The notes: a model not told the origin generated them from the letters alone. Positions 44,147 to 55,090 are shown, counted from the first letter of the stretch. The stretch: DNA of 64,000 bases from the human T2T-CHM13v2.0 reference genome, Homo sapiens (GCF_009914755.1 NC_060942.1); one strand, 5' to 3'. Numbers and translations are program-made.

Positions 44147-44460
44147 AGAGTCCGTCTTCAACTTCCCCGAGACGCTTTCAGGGCCAGGGCAGGGGTCAGG
44201 AACCAGGCAGCCTCGGTGGGTGCTTCAGCCCTGACCCAGGCCTCAGAGCCGTCAGGGCACCAGCAGCTCCCCTCTGTAAACCTCTCCATGGGGAATTTTA
44301 ACCTAAAATAATTTTCTCTCTTTCTCTCTTTACAACTGAAGAAAAGTACTTCTTAGAGCGAGCTTAACTACCTACCTTTAATGTTTTACAGTCAGGGAAA
44401 GCAGTACAAAGCAACGTGTTTAAGTAGTTCCTTTACTAGCGTTGATAGAATCCTAAAATC
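44147..44460 (+). repeat. Inverted repeat, left arm (314 bp)
   Basis: Reverse complement aligns to 45980-46291 with about 32-35 differences by hand count. Confidence 0.97.
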
Positions 44461-44554
44461 TCAAGGGCCTCTGGTGAGGAATGAAATCGTATCTCTGCTA
44501 AGGCTCGTGTGTTTTACCAGTTGATGGGTCCAGGCAATGCCATGGTCAGCACCA

Positions 44555-45480
44555 CGGGGCACCCTGCAGGGCCGGGGGAGTGGGGATGAGGGGCGCAGTG
44601 AGGAACGAATGGGGAGCCGCCCGGGCCGAGGCCAGGTGCCCTTCCGGTCAGTCCTCCAGGAGCTGGTTGACTTCTCAGCATCCTGATTCTTTGGAAAGAC
44701 AGTTTAAAAAGTTGTTTAGTTTCCTAGGACATTCTCGCTGCGACTGTTGAAAGTCGGACAGCACCCGCCTTGTGCTCACCCCGCCGGGATACACGGGGAC
44801 GGTTCCTTTCCAAGGAGGCCCGGGGCCGCCTCTGCGCCGGGACAGCCTGGGAAGCCGCGCAGGCCTGGCCGACTTCCCTCCCCTTCCCAGCCCCGCTGCG
44901 CCCTGCGGGGCCCTGTCGGCGGTGGGGGCTGCGGACCCGGGAGCGCGCGCGGCCGCGCTGCACGTGCAGGGACCGGTAGGCGCCGGGGTCAGCGCCAGCG
45001 TTTGATGTGCGGCGGGGAGCGGGCCGAGCCCCGGGAGGCCGCTTCGCACCTCCCAGTGTGTCCGGGTTGAGCGCGAGGTCAGGAGGGGACGCAGAGTTCA
45101 CGGCGAAGACGGATCGCGGGGGCTCGTCCCGCCCGGGTTGCGCGCAGCGGGGGCCGCGTGATGGATGGGCCGGGCCGGGCACCCGGGAACCCGCGAGCGC
45201 GGGGCTGGGCTCTGGGCTGCGTCCGGGGGCCCCGACTTGGTTATTGATCGGCCCAAGCGCAGGAGAACTGACTCTATAATGCATCGCCTGACCAGGAAAA
45301 GTGTTTGCTTTTGTGGGAGCAAAAGACAACTTTCTGCCCCGCCAGAGCGTTGCTAAGTGAGCGGTAATGACCACGCTAGAAATTTCATAGGGAGAGGCTA
45401 ATGGCAGGCTGACTCTAAAAGTGCTTTTAAGTGCAACTTCTGTCTAATCCCTTGAGGGGGAAGAAAACATCGGCGACTAA
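44555..45480. promoter_or_regulatory. CpG island (orphan promoter/enhancer-like)
   Basis: Very GC- and CpG-dense (densest 44740-45290) against a CpG-depleted background; NotI site, E-box CACGTG at 44961-44966, G-tracts. Confidence 0.9.
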
Positions 45481-45979
45481 GAAAGTTCAAGTTGTACAGG
45501 ACCCGGGTTTTTGGGGTCGGGGTCACTTCTGCTCTGCGTGACTTTGAAGAGGAAGACCTGCGGTTTTTTCCAGTGGATTTTCACACGTGTTTTAAAGAGA
45601 ACTCCCGGCTCCTGAAATGAAAGGCCCGCCTGTAGGGTTTTGCTGCCTCCCCTCTGCCCACGCCCCACCCCCACAGCCTGGATCAAAGCGATCAGACAAA
45701 TTATTCAGAAGTAACACAGCCCTGAAATGTTCCTAAACGTGACTATTTGAGGCGATGAATCAAGCGTGTTCCCTCCGCCCCCAACCCACCCCCAGACCGA
45801 AAATGTGACTCTGGAAACGGACTTGCAGAGCTGGCTTCGGTTTATATGCGGTTCTGACCCCTGTTGACTTTAGGACAAGCCTTCCTGTTTCCAGTACTGC
45901 AGCATCGCCAGACAGCCTCGCCATGCAATCGGCTTTCCAGATACGATTTCACTCCTCACCAAAGACACTTCTTTAGGGC

Positions 45980-46291
45980 GATTTTAGGATTCTATCAACG
46001 CTAGTAAAGGAACTACTTAAACACGTTGATTTGTATCGCCTTCCCTGACTATGAAACATTGAAGGTAGGTAGTTAAAGCGTGCTCTAAGGAGTACTTTTC
46101 TTCAGTTGTAAAGAGAGAAAGAGAGAAAATTATTTTAGGTTAAAAATTTCCACAGAGAGGTTTACAGAGGGGAGCTGCTGGTGCCCTGACGACTTTGGGG
46201 CCTGGGTCAGGGCTGAAGCTTTGAAGCTGCCTGGCTCCTGACCCCTTTCCTGCCCCTGAAAGCATCTCCTGGGAAGTTGAAGAGGGACTCT
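45980..46291 (-). repeat. Inverted repeat, right arm (312 bp)
   Basis: Perfect-match blocks to the left arm of 49 bp (45980-46028), 55 bp (46091-46145) and 37 bp (46155-46191). Confidence 0.97.
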
Positions 46292-47169
46292 CAGGGCTGC
46301 TGTGGTCAGGCCTGAGGCTGCCCTCTGAGTCTCCTGGGCAGAAGGGCTTTTTGCCAAGAGCACGTCTAGGCGAGCATGGTGCTAGGCACTGTTGCCAGGG
46401 CAGAGCCTGAGGGGCTGCAGAGCCTCAGAACGCCCACGTACTCCATAGGAGGACTCTCGTAGGAGAGCTTACAACTTCTAGGAAATGAAATTTCTGCATA
46501 AAAATAAAACCATCACACCAAAGCTACTAGTGCAGCATGATTGATATATGCATTGGTGTATACTAATCACTGACAGGCTGCCTTAAACCACTGCTAACAT
46601 GTGGATTCTAGAGTCATTTCATAATTTAGTTTCCATAAATGTGAGCATATTTCAGTCCCCTTAAGGTCTCAACTTATGATAATATTATAAGTTACATTAT
46701 ACTCTATTTGCTCTGTTATAACCATTGTGAATGTAGGTATATTGGGGACATAATTAGTCTTTAGTGCTTTCTAGCTCAGTATTTATAATTAAATAGTTTG
46801 ACATAGGTATAAAATATAGCTTCATATTTTTCTATCCACGTGTTGCATTCCAGTTCAAATTTACGAAAGAACAAAATATAAACTTCATTAATTTGATTAT
46901 TGTTGTTTAAAAAATTATTCGTTTTGAGTCATTGGTGGCTAGCAATATAGTATTTTAAATACATAAATATATTTGAATTTCACAATCTTCCTAGAATAGA
47001 TTGAACCTCACAGTCTTCCTAGATCTAAATTGAAAAAGGATAGGCTCTTCCTTAAGCTTAAACTATCTGTGCTTTAAAATGAAAACATAAACAAGATCCT
47101 GCTTTAGGATTTTACTTGTGGTTCTATCTTAGGCATAGAAGGATTTATTAAAAGGCGAAGAAATCCTCA

Positions 47170-47870
47170 TATAGGCTAAAGTGAAAAAGACCAACAGTGT
47201 CAAATGTTGGTGGGAATATGGAGCAACTGGAACTCTCATACCTGACTGGTGGGAGTGTGAAATTGTGCATTCACTTGATGAAACTGCTGCAGTTTCTTAA
47301 CAAGTTAACCATACTTATGTTTTATACCTTATGGCCCAGCAATTCCACTTGTAGGTATTTATCCAAGAGCAATAAAAACGTATGTCCACAAAAGGCCTTA
47401 TATCAAAATGTTCACAGCAGCTTTATGCATAATAACAGAAAATGGAATCAAACCAGCTATCTAAAAACAGGAGAAAAGATAATCCAATTTTGTTTATCCA
47501 TCCAGTGGAATACTACTCATCAATAAAAAAAATATAAACTCCTGATACACCTCATGGATGGATGCATAGATGGATGGATGGATCTGAAAAACATCGTGCT
47601 GAATAAAAGAAGCCAGACATGAAAGAGTACGTACAATATGATTTCTTTTATCTGAAGTTCTGGAACAGGTAAAATTAATCTATGGTAACTTAAGTCAGAA
47701 CTGGGAGTACTTCTGGTGGGAGGATTTAGTGGGAAGGGGCATAAAAGATCTTCCTGTGTCTTGATAGAAGTGTGGGTTTTACAAGTGTATGCATTTGTAA
47801 AACTCATTGAACTGCATGCTTAATATTCGTGCATTTCACTGTATGTAAGCCATTCTTCAGTAAGATACAT
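47170..47870 (+). mobile_element. L1ME-type 3' end
   Basis: 'tggagcaactggaactctcatac', 'cccagcaattccacttgtaggtatttatccaagag', 'aagtgtatgcatttgtaaaactcattgaactg'. Confidence 0.85.
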
Positions 47871-48229
47871 GAAAAAAGAAAGTCATATAAAAGTCATAAT
47901 ATAACAGAAGAGGAATTCTGGAGTTCTTGTGGAATATGCTATGTCAGAAAACTGCTAAAGAATAAGTGGAGTGATTTTTTAAAGACAAGGAATCAGATAA
48001 ATGTAAGAATTTCAAAATCAAAGAATGTGTTTAGTGGCAGAATTGCAATATTAATTATTCCTTAGAGTTACATTCCCCACAATGTGTTGTTTGGCATATT
48101 AAAAGGCATTCTATTCAAAACGATTCTATAGTCATAAATTTGGGAAGCTGTAGGTTAAACGGAGTTATATAGGATTTCTTCCCTAGTACTTCTCAGACTC
48201 TTTAAAATGCGCATCCTTAGTGTGGGCCT

Positions 48230-49077
48230 TGTTATGGGTTGAATTCTACCTCCCCAAAAAGGTAGGTTGAAGTCCTCATACCTGTTGATATGATTTTAAT
48301 TGGATATAAGGGTTTTGCAGATGTAATTAATTAAGGTCATACTGGATTTACGGTGGGCCCTTCATTCTATATGACTGGTGTCCTTGTAAGAGTAGGACAG
48401 AGACAGAGAGAGGGGGCGGGGGAGAGAGAGAGAGAGAGGGAGAGACCAGGGAGAGGATGCCCATGTGATGATGGAGGCAGAGATGGGAGTGATGCATCTA
48501 TAAGCCAAGGAGGGCCAAGAACAGCTGGCAAACACCAGAGGCTGAAAGAGACGAGGAAGGATTCCTCTATAGGTTTCTATATCAGTTCCTTCTCATGCTA
48601 CTAATGAAAGACATACCTGAGACTGGGAAATTTATAAGGGAAAGAGGTTTAATTGACTCACAGTTCAGGAAACTTACAATCATGGTGGACGGGGAAGCAA
48701 GCATGTCCTTCTTTACATGATGGCAGGAAGGAGAAGTGCAGAGAGAAGGGGGGAAAGCCCCTTATAAAACCATCAGATCTCATGAGAACACACTCACTAT
48801 CACCAGAAAAGCATGAAGGCAATCACCCCCATGATTCAATTACCTCTCATTGGGTCCCTCCCACCACAGGTAGGAATTATGTGAATTACACTTCAGTATG
48901 AGATTTGGGTGGGGACAGCCAAACAAACCACATCAGCTTCAGATGGAGCTGGGCTCTGTTGACATCTTGACCTCTGATCTCAGACTTCTAGCCTGCAGAA
49001 CTGTGGGAGAATAAATTTCTATTGTTTCAAGCCGCCTGTCTGTGGTACTTTGTTAGAGCAGACACAGGAACCATACA
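48230..49077 (+). mobile_element. MLT1B/C MaLR solo LTR, split by THE1
   Basis: TG start 'tgttatgggttgaatt', 'tatgactggtgtccttgtaaga', 'cagaactgtgggagaataaatttc', CA end. Confidence 0.88.
48578..48935 (-). mobile_element. THE1 (THE1D-like) solo LTR
   Basis: 'gacatacctgagactggg...gaaagaggtttaattgactcacagttc...cttataaaaccatcagatctcatgagaac...gagatttgggtggggaca'; TSD gtttc/gcttc. Confidence 0.92.
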
Positions 49078-49256
49078 AACCTCTAGGAAAAAGATGTGAT
49101 GATCTCACGTTTCCCAGATTGGTCTGATCATACAATCTTCTGCACTTTCCATGGCATGTCTGGAGAGTGTTTGGCCCGCCCAGTGTGGTAATCCCTGCCT
49201 GCTGGGACGGCCTTTCCTTCAACTATTCATGTTATTCTTGCTTACCTTAAGAGCAG

Positions 49257-49733
49257 TGTGGTATGCAGAATGATGGCCCCCAAAGATGTCCACATCCTAG
49301 TCCTGGAATGTGGGAATATGTGAGTTACATGGCAAAGAGGAATTAAGGGAGCACATGGAGTTAAGCTTGCTAATCAGTGGACTTTAAAATACGGAGGCTA
49401 TCCAGTTGGGTCTAGTGTAATCATGAGAGTTCTTAAAAGTAGAAGAGGGTAGTTAAAGAGATTGACAGGGTACTTAAATCAGAAGACAGGATTGCAGATG
49501 GAGGAAGGGGCTGCCAACCAAAGATGGTGGGTGACCTCTAGAAGCTGGAAAAGGAAGGAATGGATTCTCCTCTCCAGCAAACAAAGAAACACACCCTGCC
49601 TACAGCTGGATCTTAGCTCAGGGAGACCCGTGTTTGATTTCTGACCCACGGTACAGCAAGATGATAACTCTGTGCTGTTTCAAGTCTGTAGGTTTGTGGT
49701 AATTTGTTGTAGTAGTAATAGAAAGCCAACATA
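49257..49733 (+). mobile_element. MLT1D/E MaLR solo LTR
   Basis: 'tgtggtatgcagaatgatggcccccaaagatgtccacatccta...gttacatggcaaagaggaattaagg...tttgtggtaatttgtt'; TSD agcag/agcac. Confidence 0.85.
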
Positions 49734-50284
49734 AGCACTAAGTGAAATAATTCTTTCTTCATTTTTTAGAACATTTGACTTTTGATGTCAAAAACTAGAA
49801 TTTTACATTTTTTAGAATTTTGTTCCAGAATGTTGTCCATATTGCATAAAGTTGTGTCATTTCCTACTCAAACAAAGACTATCTACCTGAATGCTTGCAA
49901 CACGACAAGAATAATAACAGGTAAAACCATATTTCCCCTGGTGGCTTTTTTTCTTTTCCTGGAAAATATTTCATATATCTGTGGTATGGTTGTAATCTTC
50001 CTGTTTTAGATCAACACTTGTGTTCATGCTGCTATTTTCAGAAGCTTGAGATCATCTAAATCATTTAATGTTATTGGAAGTGTAGTGATGTAGACATGGT
50101 GTTGCCTCCCTCTAACTCATCCTGAATTTGCAGCATGATCGTGTTAGAGCTCTTGCTCCGCTAGTCTCCCTTTTCCACCCTCCCCTCCCTCTGCTCCAGG
50201 TTCCTTATGATTTGAGCTCCTGGGTTTCCTGGTCTATACAAACTTCAGCATCTCTGTCTACCAGTCGTAGGATATAATGACCCC

Positions 50285-50597
50285 TGTCTTAGTCCATTTG
50301 GGCTGCTATAACAAAAGGCCATAGGTTGTGTGGCTTATAACCTACAGAAATTTATTTCTTACAATTCTGGAGGCTGGGTACAGTGCCTGGTGAGGCCCTG
50401 CTTCCTCACTGTGTCTTCACATGGCAAAAGGGGTGAAGGGGCTCTCTGGTGTCTTTTTATAAGGACAGGAATTCCAATTATGAGGGCTTCACCCTCATGA
50501 CCTAATCACCTCGCAAAGGTCCCGCCTCCTAATAAGATCACATTAGGGTTAGGATTTCAACATATGAATTTTGGGGGGACACATTCAGCCCATTATA
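50285..50597 (-). mobile_element. MLT1A-type solo LTR
   Basis: 'tgtcttagtccatttgggctgctataacaaaa...gaaatttatttcttacaattctggaggctggg...tttcaacatatgaattttggggggac'. Confidence 0.9.
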
Positions 50598-50895
50598 GGG
50601 ATTTGATAGTCCCCATGGTTAGTATCTTACCTAATCAATCTTACCTAATTACCCCTAGATGCAAGATACCAAGGCATTTAAATATGTCTCACAGAGTTGG
50701 GTTTGACAGTCAAATAAAACCATTAGATTTGTAAGTTAAGTGTTAGAAAATTATAACAACTATTCCCCACCTTCCTTCATGAAGGTAGTGGAAAACAGAA
50801 GCAAGTCCAAGTCACCTTGTCCTAAATGCAAATGAATTTCTCAGAAAATTGAAGAGGATGAGAATAATGCTGTGAACTGAGATGCTTCTCAACCT

Positions 50896-50943
50896 TCCCT
50901 CCCTCCCTCCCTCCCTCCCTCCCTCCCTCCCTCCCTCCCTCCT
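50896..50943. repeat. (CCCT)n tetranucleotide repeat
   Basis: Directly visible; polypurine/polypyrimidine mirror tract. Confidence 0.95.
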
Positions 50944-52599
50944 TTCTTCCTACCCTCCTCATGGCAAAGGAGAGAGTAATTGCCCAGCATATGCAAGCAA
51001 AGCCCATGGCAGCCCGGAAAATGAAGATTTTTTTTTTTTGGCACAAAATTCATAGCGATTTGACATCAGGATTCCAACATGTCTAGCTGTATTTTAACAA
51101 AAAAATAAAGATTCAAGTAACTCATTAGCTAACTGGCCTGACCTCCTAGCCCTTCATCATGTTATCTGTGTGGCTTGGTTTTCCAGCCTGCAGGTGAGGC
51201 TCACCACGTGGCAGCTCCTCTTAGATAAACTATCAGCCAGGCACCCAATAAGCATGCAATTGAGGTCATTGAGAAAGTAGGGAACATGGACACATGGACA
51301 CATATGCAACCATCCACACATGCACACATATGCAACAACCTACACATGTACACGATACACAGGCAATGCAAAGTGGCCTATGCATGCACACATAGATGCC
51401 CTTGGCTCCACTGGTTGGAGGAGTAGCTACACTGTGAAAGGCAAAAGAAAAACATTTAGTTGCCCTCAGGCAGGGAAGCAGAGTTAACTTGATTGGAGCT
51501 CCCCTCTACCTGAGACTCTGGGGAAGGTCAGATACACACACCCATGTTTACTGTGCAGATCCACCGTCACTTTTCCCATTGAGGGTGATGCCAGTGGGCC
51601 AGTGTTGTTGTTCTTCATTGTTTTTCCATGCTTCGGTGGTAGATGGGGTGGAGCCACCCCTCTGGGGAAGCCCAGTGTGCTTAGACATGGCGGGAGCAAT
51701 CTCTTCCTGGGCAAGAGGGCGCTGTTACTACGGGATTAGCCTGTCTATTATTTTTGGGTGTGCACAGGGTGACAAATTAGGAAGGGTGTGCTCAAAGGTT
51801 ATTCAAATATTTCAAATAAAGCATATTTGAGCACGGAAAGGCCAGGGAACATTAATCAAATGTCAGCACCAAGACACTTTGTAGGCTATTTCTGGTATGT
51901 GTTTGCTGAGCGGCAGTCTGGCTTAGGCTCTGTGGGACATGTGATCACCCCAGTGTGAAGAAACGTGGAGCATTATGCATGGGAGGCCCTGGAAGCACTG
52001 GGAATTTGCAGATGGAGTGCAGTGGACAGGATGTGTTCCGAAACAGCCCGGAGTCATTCCTCTGAAGCAGATACAAAGGGATGTAGGATTGTGTTGACTG
52101 ACAAGGCCAGAGTCTATTTCCATTCCTGCCCCTCTTGGGAAGTTAGATTAAAGGGGGAAATATTTTGCATAAAAGTGATTTTAACAGAGTAATGACTGAA
52201 ATGATAATATGCCGGCGATGGGCATCCATCACAGTAATGAAATAGCCTCCTATAGGAGTCCTGCAACTGGCCGTTTCCCCCCAGAAGCAGTGTTCCCTCT
52301 CCACATCACCCTCTTGGATCCTTTCTGATCTGCCTCACTGAGGCTTCCTTCTTCAGAAAGCCAAGCGAGCAAGCAATATTGCCTTTCTCTCCTTCAGCTC
52401 CTATCAAAACAGTGCAGCAGCCCCAGTCACAAACTCAAGAGTCTTTTGACAGCAGCAATTAAGCAACTTAATTAATGAGTGAATAAAAACGATAATATTT
52501 ACTGAATGGGAGCATCCTGTTTTGCATTTTTATTCAAACTCTGCACCTGAAGAACACCACTAAGGAAAGCTCCCCATCCCCCTGTTGTAGAGACAACCC

Positions 52600-52600
52600 C

Positions 52601-52651
<51 letters not shown>

Positions 52652-52673
52652 TTTGCTCTGTCTCTCTCTCTCT
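52600..52673. repeat. (CT)n microsatellite
   Basis: Directly visible. Confidence 0.95.
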
Positions 52674-52975
52674 TGCTTCCTTTGGTTCTGGCCTCATAAA
52701 CACCCCAAGGGTAAAACACACACAGTGTAAGATTCACACAAGGCTAATCCCTGTCCTCTTTCCGGGGGAATGCACTTCTATCTTTGTCATGGTCTTTGTT
52801 CACCCCTAAAAATCCTCATTCATACATGAAGGACAATTTCATGATACTTTTCTGAGGCTGAACTTTACATCAAAGTGGGTGATTAATTACTGATAAGGGT
52901 ATAATAAAACATTAATGCATTTTGTAATTAACCAGCTTAGGAATGACATCTCCCATCGCTTCATGAGTGACATGT

Positions 52976-53000
52976 TCACACACACACACATACACACACA
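52976..53000. repeat. (CA)n microsatellite
   Basis: Directly visible. Confidence 0.9.
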
Positions 53001-53699
53001 GAACTTTTTTTAAAAAATTCTTTATTTGGCTATTAATCTCAGCAGTGCCCTCAATACATTACATTCTTTTTAAAAGCCACATATATTTTCCTCAATGAAA
53101 TATCTAATCCATCTTGAGTGTAAGGAAAGCCCATACATAATTATTCCGTCGTGACAGACAGTGAGCTTTCTCGCTATTATTTTTGATGGTGCTGTCATGG
53201 ATGCCAAATGTATGTTGTGGTGGGAGCCAGCCAGAGTCGGGAACCCACCTGGAGAGCGGCTCCTTTCTTCTCTCAGGAAAGGTTCCCCACGCCTGACAGC
53301 CCCACCATTCTGGTTAAGCTTAATTAGTCAAGAGAGAAAAAGAACTGACTTCGGAGTGTTGTGTTACGTTTGGGGCTCCCCCCTTTTTTTCCCCTTTCCA
53401 CTCAAAATTTGACATTCTTTGGAGAAGATGAAGTTCCAAGTGGGATCTGTGTTGGCACTTCCCACCCTCTCGTCATCCTCACGTGGGACCCGCTTCTCAC
53501 GGCCCATCTTTTGTCTACCAGGGGCCTCGCAGGACTCTGCACAGCCCGCACAAAGGACGTAGGATTCTGCACTGGCAGAACTGGATGTAATGTTGCCCTG
53601 AGAAACATTCATTTATTTCAGAGTGAAACCCGTTAAAATGGAAGTGTGTAGGATTTGGGTTGGCTGGATGCAAGCTTCCCTCTGCAGCGGGATGAGGTA

Positions 53700-54135
53700 C
53701 GCTGGGTCCCCGACATTCACAGCCTCCCACTTTCATGCCCCTTGGCTTCTCAGGCCTGTGCCTTCCCGCATGCACACTGGCCTTGGGCAAGCGACTTGTC
53801 CTGGCCAAGGGGACGGGAGTCACATCCATACTTGCCGGCTTTAAAAATGTGCTTTTGTGTTTCCGCTTGCTGTCCTGGAGGCTGCCACTACCAGGAGCAC
53901 GCTGGCCTGCCGGCGGGAGGAACAGATGCCAGAGGAGACCTGACTGTGTCCTCAAGGCCATGCCCCATCAGCCATCCCAGCAGAGCCCACAGCCACCCAC
54001 AGAGGAATGAGGATCCCCATCCAGGATCACCGGAACTGCACAACTGACTCACAAACGTGTGAAGAGTAATGGGTAACGTGTTGAACTGTGAGCCTTTGAG
54101 CCTGGGGAGGTTTGTGATGCAGCAGTAGCTCCCAG
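53700..54135 (+). mobile_element. Old MLT1 (F/G/H-like) LTR
   Basis: 'cttgggcaagcgacttgtcctggccaagg', 'caactgactcacaaacgtgtga', 'tttgagcctggggaggtttgtgatgcagcagtagct'. Confidence 0.55.
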
Positions 54136-54929
54136 ACCCTTGAGGCTCTTCGGCACGAAGGTGCTGAGCCATGCACCTATGCAAAGCCAAACTCTGCACT
54201 AGGCCTACTGGGGTGTGCAGAGAGAGAGGGCTGAACAAACTGCGGTTCCACCCAGAAGACCCAGAAGAACATTTACGGAGGAGTCAGTGCAAGAGGCGAG
54301 AGAGCATGCGTGAAGAGGCTCGTTCTTGTGGTGTAGAAAAGGAGGCCAGAGTCTCCCAGACCACGATTCTTTTCCTTTAGGTGTTTCTTGGGCATTTTCA
54401 ATCTTAAATCTCTTCCCATGTTATTGAGATTTCTGATTGAATGTCCCCATTTTCCCTCAGACAGCAGGCCGTGTGTGAGTCACCACCTCCATCTTTCTAT
54501 GTCCTGGGTGTGGGCCCAGTGAAGGACAGTTATGGAAATTTAGAGAGAAGAGGTCGCAGGTGTGGTGGGGGTGGTGAAGCTTCAGAAGAGAAAAGAAGCA
54601 TGGTGGAGAGGGTGGACTCTGGAGGCTACTGCAGAGCTCTCCCCCAGGCTATGAGGGGGCATGATGGTCCCAATAGCCTGAGTCTGTGTTCATTTCAACT
54701 GGCTACCTTGTGACGAGGAAGATGGCCCAGGTTCCCAGTGGGAAATCTATGGTTATCATTAAGAACGCAGGGCCTGAGATGAAACCTGGCAGGTGAAAGG
54801 CACCTGGTTTTATGCAACCTGGTTTTGCAGAAGCCTGTGGGAGGGGGCCCAGGGGGGAAGGGAGCAGAGGGCAGTGTTGGCTCTGGTTCCCCCACCAGGC
54901 AGGTGGGCTAGCACCTGGGTAAGGGGCTT

Positions 54930-55090
54930 TGCATCTGGAGCTGGTCATGCCTCAGTCCAGATCCTGCCTTTATCAGTTGATGGGCTGTTACCTGCCAGTG
55001 GTTATGGTGAGGACTAAATTACGGAAAGTCATCAAGGATCTTCATTCATTGCCCACCGCAGAGCAGGCACTCAATGGAGAACACTCACCA
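54930..55090 (+). mobile_element. MIR fragment
   Basis: 'gtggttatggtgaggactaaatta...cccaccgcagagcaggcactcaatg'. Confidence 0.5.

Larger units (their letters stand above)
48070..49190. mobile_element. hAT-Charlie (Charlie4-like) fragment split by LTRs
   Basis: 'gtcataaatttgggaagctgtaggttaaac...cttctcagactctttaaaatgc' before the LTRs and 'cgtttcccagattggtctgatcat' after them. Confidence 0.5.

Noticed and set aside
44255-44280. Oppositely oriented CTCF sites in the two inverted-repeat arms ('tttacagaggggagct')
   Set aside because: The 5' half of the CTCF core is mismatched; too weak to call
44675-45374. Longest ORF (216 aa, - strand) and overlapping ORFs in the CpG island
   Set aside because: Pro/Ala/Gly/Arg-rich and open in several frames on both strands, as expected for stop-poor GC-rich DNA; no recognisable domain
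44555-45980. Pol III RNA gene (vault/nc886, tRNA, 7SK/U6) within the island
   Set aside because: No A-box/B-box pair with a cloverleaf or known RNA sequence was found
44147-46291. Pack-MULE-like transposon (long TIRs with captured interior)
   Set aside because: No 8-11 bp TSD flanks the outer ends and the termini match no TIR I recognise
43850-46363. Similar peptides in ORFs 43850-44311 (+) and 46130-46363 (-) ('ASALTQA...GHQQLPSVNLS...FNLK')
   Set aside because: A direct consequence of the DNA inverted repeat; frames differ upstream, so not evidence of paralogous genes
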